64,000 nucleotides of DNA from Octopus sinensis. Its lineage: Eukaryota. Within the stretch, counting starts at the first letter, position 1. Each line of letters starts with the position of its first letter. The position numbers were made by a program, and so were the translations under genes. Under the pieces are notes generated by a model. The model was not told the origin of the DNA. It worked only from the letters and a program-made list of their open reading frames with translations, and did no database searches. Where the stretch lies: NCBI RefSeq assembly GCF_006345805.1, contig NC_042997.1, forward strand, positions 37,944,001-38,008,000, given 5' to 3'. This document shows, piece after piece, positions 40,105 to 54,445 of this stretch.

Positions 40105-40378
40105 ACACTGCGTGCATAAGCGAAAGCAAGATATTGTAATCACTCGTTTGTCTGTGTGTTTGCAAAATTACCTGAAAACGTCTGAACGGATTTTCACCAA
40201 ATTTGGTGAAAATACTCATTGAGTGAGTGGCCCGAAAAGATGAACATTTGGTATGATTATCTTAAAAAGCAAAAGAATTAAATCGAACTTACAACTTTCC
40301 CGATAAGCACTTCTTTTTCATATGAGTCGACCCTCGTCTGCATGTGCACAGATCATGGTGCACCTATGCGAGTAGACA
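40105..40378 (+). mobile_element. Possible non-autonomous Helentron-associated (HINE/DINE-like) element
   Basis: ttgtaatcactcgtttgtctgtgtgtttgc..gaacggattttcaccaaatttggt motif typical of such elements; imperfect terminal hairpin. Confidence 0.35.
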
Positions 40379-42199
40379 AGTGTGTGTGCATACATACATA
40401 CATACATACATACATACATGCATACATACATACATACATATACAGCTGTGTGTATGTGTCTGTGTGCGTTTGTGTGTGTGTACCAGGCTTAAGAATATAA
40501 GTCCTGGGATTGATTTATTAAAGGCAGTCACCCAGCCTGGCCATAGTCTGAAGATTCAAACAAAAAAATAAATAAAGGATAAAAGATTTGCTTACAATAC
40601 AATTTACCAACGTTGTGTACGCTGTTCATTGATATACGCTTTTACGTATTAAGTTCTTTTGTGATACAGAAGATCTCCGATATATTTGGCTAATTTATGG
40701 AAGGAACTGACATGTATATCTGAATGTTTTCTCTTGATGGATTGAGATTTAAATTATTTAAGATCCCATCTGCAATGTTACCTCAACAAGATGCTGCTAT
40801 ATATATATATAGACATTAAGTATTAGATAAAAGAAACTGATTAAGCATTTTGGAAACTTTATAAACATCGTATTTAATCATTCCAAATAGTTCTAATTCC
40901 GTACCACTCGTATTGAAAATTCACCTTAATGAATAAAACATTTGTTTTCTTCCACGAACTATTAATCTAATCTATGCAAACCAATTCTGAGCTTCATATA
41001 ATATAACTCAATGATTTTTTTTCAATGAATACAATATTATAACATTACCAAAGAATGTTTCGTGTCAAAACTATTTACAATAATTGAACTTAAACTGAAT
41101 AAAACTGGTTTTGTACAAGCTAAACTGGCAAATACAGTCGTTATCTAATCCGAACCAGCAACGTAATCTTTATATGGTCGTTTGACCTGCTAAAACAAAA
41201 CTAGCAATCAAATCCCATTCAAATTGCATTCAAATATATGTATTAAATTGACCAGCTCATTGGGTGATGAGTTTGCGATATATATATGAAGGGCCATTTG
41301 TGGCTGGAATGGTTTAAGCTTAGTTATTCTTGATCAAGAAAATATGGGATAAATAAGGAAACATACGCAGCTCAAGTTAGAGGAAATTGGCAAGGCCAAT
41401 TTAATTTGGTTTCTTCATAATTACATACGCTATGGGATATGACCTAATGATATAAGAATTCCGTCCATGTCACAAATGTATTAAGATCTAGATAATGTTA
41501 TTTATGAGAAATATGCATTGGGAAAAGAAAGAACCGCATCTTATTTTGTAATGCGCACCTGCGGATCATTAGCTGACCACACAACGAACGGTCTCTGTTG
41601 GAAATTTGTAAATATTCAGTGATTAACAGCTGTATCGTATGATACATATTTATATACATTCAGCACCGAATGGAAACGATATATGTGCGCTATTTACATT
41701 TTAGGCATTAATTCATGAAAATGTTGATACGGTGAATTTATACAAAATAGAGTATTTATGATCATCCACCAGATACAATCACCGTTCTTTTTCTAATTCG
41801 ATAATTTCTGCCAACAATGCATTTACTGGAGCGACAAATACCTTTCAAATTTCTATTTAAAAGCAAATCATAACACTAATAATATCACTTTTGTTATAAA
41901 ATATTCAAATTAATATTGTTGCAAATGTTTATAATCCCAAAGGTACGTTTCTACATACCTAGCAAAACTAATTTCTGTATAGAATTAATCCAGGGTGTTA
42001 TTATTTTTAAAAACGCAGTACAACATTTAAATAAAACTTAATCTCACAAGTAATATGCGTACTACTGTGAAGTATGACAATGTTTTGTCAAAAGAGACCG
42101 ACACTTATTCTTTCATTCTCTTAATGGCTTCAGTCGTGCGGCCATGCTGGAGCACTGCCTTAATTTAATTTCTTTCAATTTTGTTGTCATTTTTGGTTG

Positions 42200-42830
42200 A
42201 AAGTTCGTTTCTGATTGAAATCGTAGATGCTGATCTTCCCCGTGCGTATCCTTGGATGGTTGGCTGGCCCAGTATCATCCTTAAGATTTCTTCAATGCTC
42301 GTTTAATGTTTCAGTAGAGGTCATTTTTATATTTCTGATTTCTTTAGGTAAGCAGTTGAAAAGTTAGAAACTTCTAAATACCATATTGATATAATTGGGT
42401 GATTTGTTCCTTCTTTCGAAGGTCGTATATTTCAAAGCTGACAGCATCTACCAGTTCGTGCATTATAATTCTTTCTAATCTCGAACTTTGGCACATTCCC
42501 CTCCAGGGTGATTTTCTATACTAATATGATAGTATATATATCTCTCTCTTCAGCTTTCAACAGGGTAGAGACGCAGAACTTTCAGCCGTTACCATTGATT
42601 AAGGCTTTTAACCGAACTTATTTTACTGGCGAAAGTTCTTTCTAGTCCTTCAGTTTCATCTATGAGACCATGTAACCTTGGAAACAAAAACTGTGAGCAA
42701 TAATCGTATCTACTCAGAACTAAAGCTTTCCGTAGGTTCAACAAAACTACCGGTTCCTTTGTCTCGAATGTTTGCAGGATCTATCCTATGAAATGTCGGC
42801 ATTTAGAGGTACATTTAATGATGTGGATGA
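42200..42830 (-). mobile_element. Degenerate CR1-type LINE 3' region
   Basis: Minus-strand remnants resembling RRRERY..WKILEGNVP..RTGRCC..LFNCLPKEIRNI. Confidence 0.55.
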
Positions 42831-43199
42831 TAACAGTTACATCATTTGATATGATTCAGCCTAAGTCTCGTATGTCATTAACATTGTAAATCATTGTTTT
42901 ATCTCATGTCAAATAATGTGATTTGTATGCATTGCCTATGCAATAAAGAAGTGAAAAACTGATACATTGAATACCATATTATTTTTTTTTATGCCCATCG
43001 ATGAATGAGAATTAACTCATTTTGAAGTGACTGCGTTTTATAGAGTTTAGAATAGTCAGCGATAATTTTGTGTTATTGGCATAACACGTTAAGTTGGAAA
43101 AGGACAACAAAACAGTAGCAGTGAATTACCTACCGATCTCAGTTATCTCTCACAACAGGAAATCTTTTGAGCGGTGAGATCTCGGCTAACTCAATTACT

Positions 43200-44340
43200 A
43201 GGAAGTAAGAGTCTACTTATTCCCAACAATCATGATTTCCGCAATGGTAAAACTGCGTAACCCAGCTCTTTCATCACTTTGTTGACATCTAAGAGACGGG
43301 CCCGAGGCAAATATCATCCATTTCAACTTCAGCAAGGCTTTCCACAAGACTAACAAAAGGTAAACTATTAAATTAGATTGAATGTTTTCTGGGCAAAAAA
43401 GAACCCAGTGTGTGTTCGATGAAGCTTGGCAAAAGTTATTACTGGAGTTTCGCAAAGCACTCTATTGGCCGCACTACTTTTCATTATTCACATCAATGAT
43501 ATTATTGACGTCATCAATACAGATACATTGACTTTTTCACGGTTGACTCTAAGCTTCTGAAGGTTGTCAACAGGGTGGGCCACTGGACTAATCTCCAATC
43601 AGATTTGCTTGCTGTTATCCGATGGGTGAAATATGAAAATATGCAGCTAAACTTGTACAACTTTGAATTAACCCAATTTGGTAAAGAGATTTCCCATGAG
43701 CTACCATTACACTCTTCCCCCAGGCAAAAATGTTGTGGCATCAAACACCTCTAGAGACTTCGGGTTAACTGTCAACAACCCTTTAAACTGAAGTACCTAC
43801 ATAAAGATCAAAGGTGATATCGCCCCCAGGGCATACTCCTGGATCCTCGGTGCTTTTCTGTCTATATCCACTTCTCCACCTTCGCCTGTCCTCGCCTTTA
43901 CTAGTTCTTGATTATCAGGATCGTCTCGAGAAACTCAAACTTTATCCCCTCCAATGCGCCGTGAGCGCTATATCATATATATGATTTGGAAATTATTCTA
44001 AGACTATTACCCAAATTATGATGGTATCAACTTGAAAGTTCATCCAAGCCTTGCACCCCACCCTCGTGCCATCTCTCTTCTACAAAAGTCATGCGCGCAT
44101 CACATTACAACAGTAAGGCAGAGAAATTTCACCTCAACTTTCCCTGCGCTCTTTAAAATCATGGCAAAGCACATAACAGAATATTTCATAACATTCAACA
44201 GGACGAATAACTTCAAGAAATTCTAGATAAACTACCTACACCCGAATATATCTCTGCAAGCAATAACTCATTACTCGAATAGGCTATAGTGTTCAAAGAA
44301 TGAGTATAGTATGAAAAGTCCTTAAATGCCATTTCAAGGT
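43200..44340 (+). mobile_element. Degenerate CR1-type LINE RT region
   Basis: Remnants HDFRNGK, NIIHFNFSKAFHK, VITGVSQSTLLAALLFIIHINDI, RDFGLTVNN, FSTFA.P, RRERYIIY..WKLF. Confidence 0.7.
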
Positions 44341-44410
44341 GGTGCTGTTTAGTTAGGTACGTCCTGAGCTAATTCTGATCGAAACTGATCTCTGTATCTA
44401 GGTATCAAAC

Positions 44411-44887
44411 GGTATATATTTAAGGCTACCTGGCAGAAACGTTAGCACAACGGGTGAAATGCTTAGCGGTATTTCGTCTGCCGTTACGTACTGAGTTCAA
44501 ATTCCGCCGAGGTCGACTTTGCCTTTCATATATATCTTCTTTCATTATTTTCTCTATTCTTTTATTTGTTTCAGTCATTTGACTGCGGCTATGCTGGGGC
44601 ACCGCCTTTAGTCGAGCAAATCGACCTCAGGACTTATTCTTTGTAAGCCTAGTACTTATTCTATCGGTATAAGTCAATGAATGAATATTAAACAGATTCT
44701 ATGTAATCTTTCCTGATTCTATGTAATCTTTGCAAGACTTTGCCTTTCATCCTTTCGGGGTCGATAAATTAAGTAGTAGTTACGCACTGGGGTCGATGTA
44801 ATCGACTTAATCCGTTTGTCTGTCCTCGTTTGTCCCTTCTGTGTTTAGCCCCTTGTGGGTAGTAAAGAAATAGGTATATATTTAAGG
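44411..44887 (+). mobile_element. SINE family B with a 15-bp TSD (GGTATATATTTAAGG, 44411-44425 and 44873-44887), interrupted by a 206-bp insert
   Basis: Exact direct repeats read from the sequence; the two SINE halves rejoin across the insert. Confidence 0.88.
44530..44735 (-). other. TSD-flanked insert that is an inverted copy of 49818-50008
   Basis: Flanked by GACTTTGCCTTTCAT (44515-44529 and 44736-44750); matches the reverse complement of 49818-50008, including its non-SINE flank. Confidence 0.85.
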
Positions 44888-45494
44888 ATTTAATGTAATG
44901 AGGTTTCTTATTTATGGCTTTGAAAAATCTATTAGCGAAACTGAGTGTAATGAACCACATTAAGACACCCAACAATTCTATTCTCTTGTACCAAGGTACA
45001 TGGTTTCACTACATTGTGTCATCAGGCATGTAATTCTTACACTTATCTATAACGAATCATACCAAACTATAATTCAACATTACACACCACATTGTATAAT
45101 AATCAACTGCAATTCAATATATAAAACGCATCTGTACTTCTGTGGTATACTAGACTATTATGCACCTTTTATCAACATGCAGAGGGGAACATGACAGTGT
45201 TTATGATTTCCCTAGACCTGTAAGAAGTATCAACAAAACAACACTTAAAATTAAGAAATACTGGACCATCTTGTACGTTATAGGGAAGGCTGGAATGCCT
45301 TCGAACATATATTCCTGATCGTGGACAAACTGGTTCTAAAGAAAAGTCATTACAGTTTTACAGCATTTAACATGAATCCTACACAGCATAGTGACTGTTT
45401 CGATTTAGTGCAGTTTCCTTTACTTCATTTTCTTTATTTCCTGCTCTGCTTTTCCTGTTGTATACAAACACATACATAAACACACATACACACT

Positions 45495-45534
<40 letters not shown>

Positions 45535-46059
45535 TATATGTGTGCGTGCGTAGATGTGAGGGTGTGTGCTCGCGATAATATCGAAAAATGAGAGTGATTT
45601 CACAAAATACCTTTAATATACTTAACATATACATACACACAGACACACACAAAGCGATATGTGTATGTATCTCGTGTGTGTGTCTGTGTTTTTGTGTGCG
45701 TGCGTATGTATGTATATTCGTGTGGTTACGATTTTAGAATACTATTAACGAATATAATCAAGTTTTCTCCTCATAGCTCACCAATATTTATTGCAAATGC
45801 TATTAATAAAATTCTGTATAGAATTCATGCCATCAATATTTATCAAATAAACAAATCCCCAGTAAAATATATTAACTACGACTTCACAAAAGCAGTAGAA
45901 GGCTCAGTAGGTTAATATTGTACGAAAATGCATAATAAAAATGTTGGAAACGTCTGTTCCGTTTCACTTCCATGTGAAGTCTCATACATCTAAAATCTAA
46001 TCGGATAAAGAGGATTCCTTTCCTTTCATGTTCCGGAGTAGATTAAATCTGTAGTTAAG

Positions 46060-46155
<96 letters not shown>

Positions 46156-49100
46156 AAATGTATGTATATATGTAATATGTGTGCGTGTGTGTGTGCATGT
46201 GTGTGTGTATTTCAAATGATGAAAGATAAAATAACCCTAACTCATTTTAGAAAATATCTATTCTATAGTTAATACCTAGATGTATGCACGTGCATGCATG
46301 TATGTATGTAAGTGCGTACATACATGCATATGTGTGTGTGTGTGTGTGTGTTTCTGTTAGTTGAGAATGAAAGATAGGTACTCAAGTAGGCAAGGTATAC
46401 ACAAGTAGGCAGAGTGAAAATATTATACAGAACGATATAAAGTGAAGAACATAAGGAGTAACACATTTAGCGGTAAATGGATTCGTTTTAGCTGAAAGCT
46501 TCTCTCTCGCATTTTCAAATTAGTTTCAAGGAATACTTTGGAATTCATGTGTTTAAGTAATTATAATATAATTCAAATTTTCCTGTCCGAAATATATATT
46601 AAATTCTGTTGCGATATGTGACAGAAAATTCTGGTTTACGTTTATCGTTAGATGATGGCGTCTAGCTTATGATTCATTGCGAAATATACTTTAAACCTAT
46701 TAACTCGAAGCCTCTTTCACATGTTTACATTAATAATATGAATCTGAATACAATTGCTTTTATCTATTATTATCCAGTTGTCATAGAGACTGATTATTAT
46801 GTAATTTCTATATATTTATGACATTTTCCAGGATTGTATGAATTATGATTAATGAATTAAAAATATACATATCTGCAGTATATTTCCTATACATGCTTCG
46901 TGTTTGAAATGTAATCCAGTATATTAGCCGTACATACATAAGTACACATAAACGTATTCTAATATAATTGCGAAGTATGATGAGTTCAAAATTTATACTT
47001 TGTTATTCGGGTACGTCTGTTCCCTTAGTCGCGTAAAATACCTTTATTTTCTCTGAACACTAAGGTTGCAATTTCCATTACTATTAGTCTTTTTCCCACA
47101 CTTTGCATATTTTCTCGGAGAAAAGTTACTCCAACACTATCTTCGTCTGAGGGTTCTTCATGTGCAATTTTCCATATTTCAGTATACTTTACTATACATT
47201 TGTATAGTCTGGTAGGTTTTGTTGTGTCCTTATTGTGCATATATGAATCAATTTGTGTATAGCTTGCACATGAAAAGGGTTCTCAGACTTACAAACATTA
47301 TTTGTCTGTAACTTATTGATTACGTGGTGAAACACATACAAAGTTTAATGTAATACTAATAATGATAAAGTCTATATAAATATTATAAGTTAAATGGAAA
47401 CATACTGCCATTCCACAGCGTTGGCACGAAATAACTTCAAAGGAAGGAATGGCTTAGAATGCATTGAAAGTGATATAATGAGCTAAAGAAATTTGTCTTT
47501 CAAACTGGAATTTGACATTTCTCTCCACATCCAAACATATCACTTATCTTTCCGGATGAAAATCAATGATATTAGACGACAATAAATGTTATTGTTGATT
47601 TCAACTAATCTTTTTCCAGTTGCGTCCCATCCTCTTTTATTGTAGATGACAATGCTCACAACCACTCAACCACTTCCTATGGTGAAGATGCTCACACCCA
47701 CTTACAATGATTTCTTATGCAGTTGGAACATGCGAATTATTTTATGTATCAAAACTTCTCTGCCAACCATTATAAACGATTCAGCGTGCATCGTGAAATT
47801 AGACTTCTGCTAAAAATCAAACTGGATGATGAAACATATGGAAATACATCTTGTAGTGAAAGAATTGTAACAGGATAAAACATAATACCCAAGAACAAAG
47901 TTATTTTACACACTTTTACCAACTAGAAACCGTAGCAAACTCTACATTAAATCGCACTCTATTTTTAAAAAAAAATTAAAGTCCCATTCGACAATGCAAT
48001 GTAGATGTGAATATAAAGCTTTATGAATGTAACTGATTTATCTTTGGGCATAGGTCTACTTCATTAGTTAGCTCTGAAGTATACAAAAGCAATAACATTC
48101 TGAATTTTGTTACAAGCATTTAAAATTATTTTAACCATTTTATCAGTATTTTCCCTCCAATACCTGTTCTAAGTTAAGCCTGCTTCAGCATACCCTATAC
48201 AAATACAGTTGTAATGTTAACATATAGCATGTTAGTTGTTTCCAATATTACATAGAAACTATTATTTTATAATAGTTGAAAATTTTATGTAAAATCGTAT
48301 GGTAGTTTAACTATTCCTAAAGTCTAAAACTAATTGAGGCAAATATCAGTTATATAATTAGTGCAATCGTAAATTTCACTTTACAAAACAATATTTTTTC
48401 CATAAAATATACGCACTCGTAAAATGATGTCTCTTTCACAAGGGAAACATAATCAATATATTTATCAACAGTTTCAATGCAGGAATATTTTAATTCGCAA
48501 GTTCAATGAATATTTAAACTTAATTAAATTCGACAATCGACCTTATAGTTAGAGGAGGAACGGCAACGTCTGTGATCGCCGCGAGACCAATGCAGGTGGA
48601 AGAAACAATGATTTATGAGTTATCTTCAGACCAGAGTCTCAGTGAATCTGCTAACAGAAAAATATACTTCACTAGCAGTATTAAGACTATGAAAGAAGAC
48701 CTGGTGTGAACGCAGTTTATATTTACACAGTATGGCTCAAAATACACGAGGCGACTGAAACTATAGTACTGGTGATGTCACGCAGCGGATTTGTACGCAA
48801 ATCATGTGAATGAGTGGAATGTGCGGGATACCTTCTATCTTATGGTCATCCATAATCCATTAGTGTTATTTCATTTTAATACATTATCTTCAAGAGTTTC
48901 ATTTACTTGCACAGAAAGAAGTAATTCTTTACATACACACATAAAGACAAACACACACACACTCGTATATATATATACAGGAAAACAAATGCAACGTCCA
49001 TTCCAGTTGTTTCATCTGTAACAAAATGAATATATATATATATATATTTATTTATTTATATTTATATTTATATTTATAATCAAAATAAACAACTAGATGT

Positions 49101-49862
49101 CAAGTTGTGATGCGGTACGACCGTTTCAAGCGGCTCCATTTAATTAAACAATGTAATCATTACATCAAGTTCAATGCAGTGCCATCTTCAGCTGCAAAAA
49201 TTATTAAATAGAATTTTAACCAAAAGGACACATTAATATAATTTTTGTCAAATATTTTAACAGACCAAGAAGGTGGAAGTAATTCATGTTGTCGCTATTG
49301 TACCTAAGAATAGACTACACTTCCAAGAATCGCATGAAGCCTATTGGGGTCATAGTGTTGAAAGGTATTGTAATTCTTTTACAATTCATTTATCTCTTAT
49401 CAACTACTAAATCTAAGTCTAGAAGACTGTGTCTATTTTGAATAAGGGACGACAGTAAGTTGACAGCTCATGCCTAGGTATGGTCATAAATGTTATCAAT
49501 GTATCTCTTTTCCTCAGATACGAAAGAAGAGATAAGAAGTAGTCAATTGGATAGAAGTGACTGTCTATAAAATTCGACTGGGTAGGGGAAGACTTTAAAT
49601 CATGATGTTAATTACCAGTTAAATGGTAAGACGCTAAGAAACCTGAAATGTTAATACAGGAGAAATATTATAATGGGTTGCTAAGGGTGATTGTTTATAA
49701 GCAATATTGTTATGCTGTATTGTTATGCTGTATAAAAATAAATTTTAAGATTTTCATAACCGATATCATAACCAAAATAGGTCAAATGTGTGTATATATC
49801 AATTATAAACATTAAAAAGGAAAGATTACATAGAATCAGTTTAATATTCATTCATTGACTTA

Positions 49863-49990
49863 TACCGATAGAATAAGTACTAGGCTTACAAAGAATAAGT
49901 GAATAAGTCCTGAGGTCGATTTGCTCGACTAAAGGCAGTGCCCCAACATGGCCGCAGTCGAATGACTGAAGCAAATAAAAGAATAAAGAA
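49863..49990 (+). mobile_element. SINE family C 3' fragment
   Basis: ccgatagaataagtactaggcttacaaagaataag..gaatgactgaagcaaataaaaga. Confidence 0.8.
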
Positions 49991-50009
49991 AATAATGAAA
50001 GAAGATATT

Positions 50010-50221
50010 TACTCTTTTACTTGTTTCAGTCATTTGACTGCGACCATGCTGCAGCACCGCCTTTAATCGAGCAACTCGACCCGGGACTTATTCTTTTATA
50101 AGCCCAGTACTTATTCTATCAGTCTCTTTTGCCGAACCGCTACGTAACGGGGACATAAACACACCAGCATCGGTTGTCAAGCAATGCTAGGGGGACAAAC
50201 ACAGACACACAAACACACACA

Positions 50222-50255
<34 letters not shown>

Positions 50256-50410
50256 ACGGGCTTCTTTCAGTTTCCGTCTCCCAAATCCACTCACAAGGCT
50301 TTGGTCGGCCCGAGGCTATAGTAGAAGACACTTGCCCAAGTTGCCACGCAGTGGGACTGAACCCGGAACCACGTGGTTGGTAAACAAGCTATTTACCACA
50401 CAGCCACTCT
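50010..50410 (-). mobile_element. Full-length SINE family C with internal (CA)n(TA)n
   Basis: Minus-strand head TGGCTGTGTGG..GGGTTCAGTCC; CTTGGGCAAGTGTC CORE-like motif; collinear with 57161-57585. Confidence 0.85.
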
Positions 50411-51399
50411 TGATATATATATATAAACATATATCATCAATGGAACTGATCATACCAAAAATCCGTGAAACACAAAGTTAAATTAAATAAGGTTCCCTAA
50501 AGCAAAACTTCTTAAAGTACAATGTACCAGCACACACATTCAAAGAACTCTGCTCTTAAATGCTTGCGCTAAAACAAAACAAACATAACATATTCTCAAT
50601 ACTCACACGAAGATACGCATACACGAGTAATAACAAACTAGATTTTGTCAACCACATAACTCCGCAAAATATTGCTAAATAGAGCACCAAATTTAGAACT
50701 CATTAGTACAAGAAAATATTGTGGTTAATGTTCTTAATTAAAGTTTAAAAACCATCACATTGAATTCCGCATTCGGTCGTGTTTCACCATTCATTGTTTT
50801 AAATAAAATATTGTTATATACGTTGCGCAGAGTAGAGCATGTAGTAAAGCTCAGGTTCCCAAACATTCAGTGCCTAATTTGGCCAATTCTAATTTATTTA
50901 TGTAGCCAATCTAGGTACGAATGTCAAACATCTCATTTACACTTTCCTGTTTTTTTTCTTTAATATTGAATTTTATATTAGGCAGATTGCCTTAAAGAAA
51001 CATAACTCGCAAGAAGCATTGTGTACGTAGCTCTACTGATTGTACCAATAAATTACCATCAGAAAATCGAAAATTAGAATGGAGTAAAACAATTTAACAA
51101 TGGTCGTTTGTTTATGATTTATTAAAAGATTGAATACCTTCTCCCCTTTTTCGTCTAATTTCTGTGTCTTCATACTCTCTAGCTTCTCTCTTTTCTCACT
51201 TTATTAAATTGTACATATCACACAGTATGGTAACTGCAATGCATTTTACAGGGTATTTCTCTAATATTAAAAATAAATTACATTTTTTTATGTATTAATG
51301 TGCAATTACCAAGCAGAAAATCATTATTGTGTTAGGTTAAACTCTTTTGAGATTATGAAGCAATAACAACATTGGTATTTCGATGTAATGCCGAGATGT

Positions 51400-51615
51400 A
51401 AGGCGGCAAGCTGATGGAATCGTAACTGCGCTAGACTAAATGCTTAGCAGCATTTCTTATGTCTTTACGTTTTAAGTTCAAATTCCACCGAGGTCAGCGT
51501 TGCCTTTCATTTTATCAAGGTTAATGAAATAAGCACTAGTTGAGCACTACTGCTAATGTAATTAACTTACTCGTACCCGAAATTGCTGGCCTTGTGCCAA
51601 AATTTGAAACCGATA
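51400..51615 (+). mobile_element. SINE family B, diverged
   Basis: gtaaggcggcaagctg..aaatgcttagc..gttcaaattccaccgaggtc..gcctttcat. Confidence 0.7.
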
Positions 51616-51967
51616 TAATGCTGCAAGTTAAATAACTAAGCAGTTCAAAGTAAGCTAATGTTAACTTTTTCCCCTTTCGGGGTTATACATTAAAAGTTGG
51701 TACTACCAAATCCTAAAATAATCTTCTCTTATCAATCGATAGCTTCGTACCAACGTGAGGGATTACTAATTAAGGGCAACATATGGTAAAATGTTATCTA
51801 TAATTTAGTGTTCAGTACGTGTATGTAATCCCAACATTTATTTGTCATGTTGCCAAGCCGAACGAGTTCATTTTTATAGATTGTAATTAAGAGAAAATTG
51901 GCAACAGTGATTAGAGTTTCCAGTGTCTACTGTTTCATTGTATATTTAGTAGCAATATACCGGCTTT

Positions 51968-52195
51968 CGTAAGGCGTCGATCTGGCAGAACCGTTAGCAC
52001 GCCTGACAAAATTCTTAGCGGCATTTTGTCCATCTTTATATTATAAGTTCATATTCCCCACGAGGTTGACTTCGCATTTCAACATTTCGGGGTCGATAAA
52101 AGAAGTCCCAATTGAACACTGAGGTCGATGTTATCGACTTAATACTCACCCGAAATTGCTTGCCTCGTGCCAAAAATTTTAAACCAATATATCGG
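51968..52195 (+). mobile_element. SINE family B, diverged
   Basis: gtaaggcg..tggcagaaccgttagcac..cttagcggcattt..ttcggggtcgataaaa. Confidence 0.75.
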
Positions 52196-52236
52196 CTTCC
52201 GAAATTCCACGGAGATATATAGTTGACTTTATCGCC

Positions 52237-52428
52237 GAGGGATCCCGGGTTCGAATCTCAGACCGGGCGATGTGTGTGTTTATGAGCGAAACACCTAAGC
52301 TCCACGCGGCTCCGGCAGAAGGTAATGGCGAAACTTCAGCTGACTCTTTCGCCACAACTTTCTCTCACTCTTTCTTCCTGCATCTTGAGGCTCACCTCCG
52401 ACGGACCGGCCCTTATGAGCCAGGCATG
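52237..52428 (+). mobile_element. 5'-truncated SINE family A, tail type 2
   Basis: Homologous to 12330-12600. Confidence 0.78.
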
Positions 52429-52724
52429 GCTCAAGAAGGAACAGACAACAAGACCTATCTCAGCTGTACAATCTTTTATCGATTCTAGAAGAATGGAAAA
52501 CAAAGTTGGCTTCAGAAGGACTTAAACTCAGACTCTGAAGAGCGGGATGTCATATTGTGAATTAATGTTTCCACGCTCTGATTATTTTGTCAAACCAACA
52601 GTAATATTGTGATTCGTATAATTACAAAAAATAGAATTGTTTTCAGTTTAGAAACAAGAACAGCGATTTGGATAGGAGGCATAAAATCAATAGCATTGAC
52701 CTCAGTACTTGACTGGTACAATAT

Positions 52725-52945
52725 CGATGGTGAGCTGGCAGAAACGTTAGCACGTTGGGTGAAATGCTGAGCGGTATTTCTTCTTTACGATCTGAGTTCA
52801 ATTTCCGCCGAGGTCGAAAGGATGAAGGGCAAACCTTCATCCTTTCGAGGTCAATAGATTAAATACCAGGTGCGTAGCGGGGTCGATCTAATCGAGTGGC
52901 CCCCTCACCAAATGTTTCGGGCCTTATGCCTAGAGTAGAAAAGAA
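52725..52945 (+). mobile_element. SINE family B with an internal inversion hairpin
   Basis: gagctggcagaaacgttagcac..ccgccgaggtc; 15-bp perfect stem at 52814-52848. Confidence 0.78.
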
Positions 52946-54368
52946 TATCTGATCGATTCTGGAGTGATGAAAAGAAAAGGTGACCTTAGAGGAACTTGAA
53001 ATTGGAATATGAAAAGTCGCTAGAAACACAGCAAGGTTCTCTGATGATTTAGCCTGTCATACACATTTATATATAATATAACGTGTAATATTATGACTAA
53101 TATAATTATCACCACATACTGGAGTTGTTTATTTCGATGTGTAATAATAGTAATCCATAATTTGAATTGTTTCCTGCACTTATTCATACAAGAATAACAG
53201 ATTATAACCTTTCAGTGTAATAACTAGAAAGTGCTTGAGATATCAAACATGATTTGGAAAGCATTATTATTGATTTGTTTATTTTTTATATCATAACCTG
53301 CTCTTTCCCAGAATGTCATTTGTATGTAATTGACAGAAAAGGAATTTTAAATTGAAGTCGTTTGCCCTCCGATATAAATGTATATTAATCCTTAAAATTA
53401 ATCTACAATATTCAATTCATATTGCTTGAAACACCAAATCTGTAGAGTTTGCGTTCTGTTGTAAAATAATACGTTGTTTCCACATTCATTTATAAAGGTA
53501 TTTTTCTTTTCATTTCCTTTTCCGAATCATTGCATCATTCCTTCATGCAATTACAATTTTTGTTCATGTTATCATTTTACATTCCTCCAAGTGAGTGGCA
53601 ACATAAATGAAAGTTTTACTAACATCGCAGACATAATTTCTGTACGTTCTTTCTCCAACTTCTGTTTTGCAACTTCGATTCTTCTTCTCTTATTTACTTT
53701 AACTCCCTATGATATCCAAACATAGATTATTTTTATATTCATTTCCATGTCTACAATTTTACCTTATTTTATATATTATTGATATGTCATCTCAGCAGTT
53801 AAATATACACATCTATATCTATAATTCTAACAATTTTATGTTTGCAAAAACTGAGTCTTGCTTTTCCTTCATAACAGAAATTCAAATAGATGACATACTT
53901 AATTTCAAGTAGTGAGATATTTTTAAAGCCTATGTTCCTTTTAAGTGAATGTATGTATTGAAAAGCTTCTCCACATTTTCATTCTATCTTAGTTCCTGCA
54001 TTTGAAAGATTCTTGTTAGTGGCGAAACTAATTCTTAGTAATGTGTTCGTAACAAGGTTACTCGTAGATCGCGGTTCCCATACACCAATAAAATTAATGA
54101 CAAGAACAACATGAAAGACTGACAAAATTTAAATGATACCTTGAAATTACAATATCGTAAAAAATCTAAATGGATTTCCATTTAACTACTTTCGAGCGGT
54201 TAAACTGAAGATTTGCTAAGAAAGGAATGAATTTCAAAAAAGCAATTTAACAATTACACCAAAATAATGTTGATTTTAATGTAAAATCAAATTCTTATAA
54301 ACGATACATTAGTGAATTATCTTTGCATCATATATACATAAACTTCTTCTGTGAAACTGTAGGTGTGT

Positions 54369-54403
<35 letters not shown>

Positions 54404-54445
54404 TACATGCATACATACATATATATATATATAAAAACATATATA

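Noticed and set aside
48549-48709. Possible terminal exon (VRGGTATS..KEDLV* or LEEERQRL*)
   Set aside because: Weak polypyrimidine tract, two competing frames and no recognisable homology; needs RNA-seq
53440-54000. Possible RTE-like remnant (KRRIEVAKQ on the minus strand)
   Set aside because: A single short motif; insufficient support
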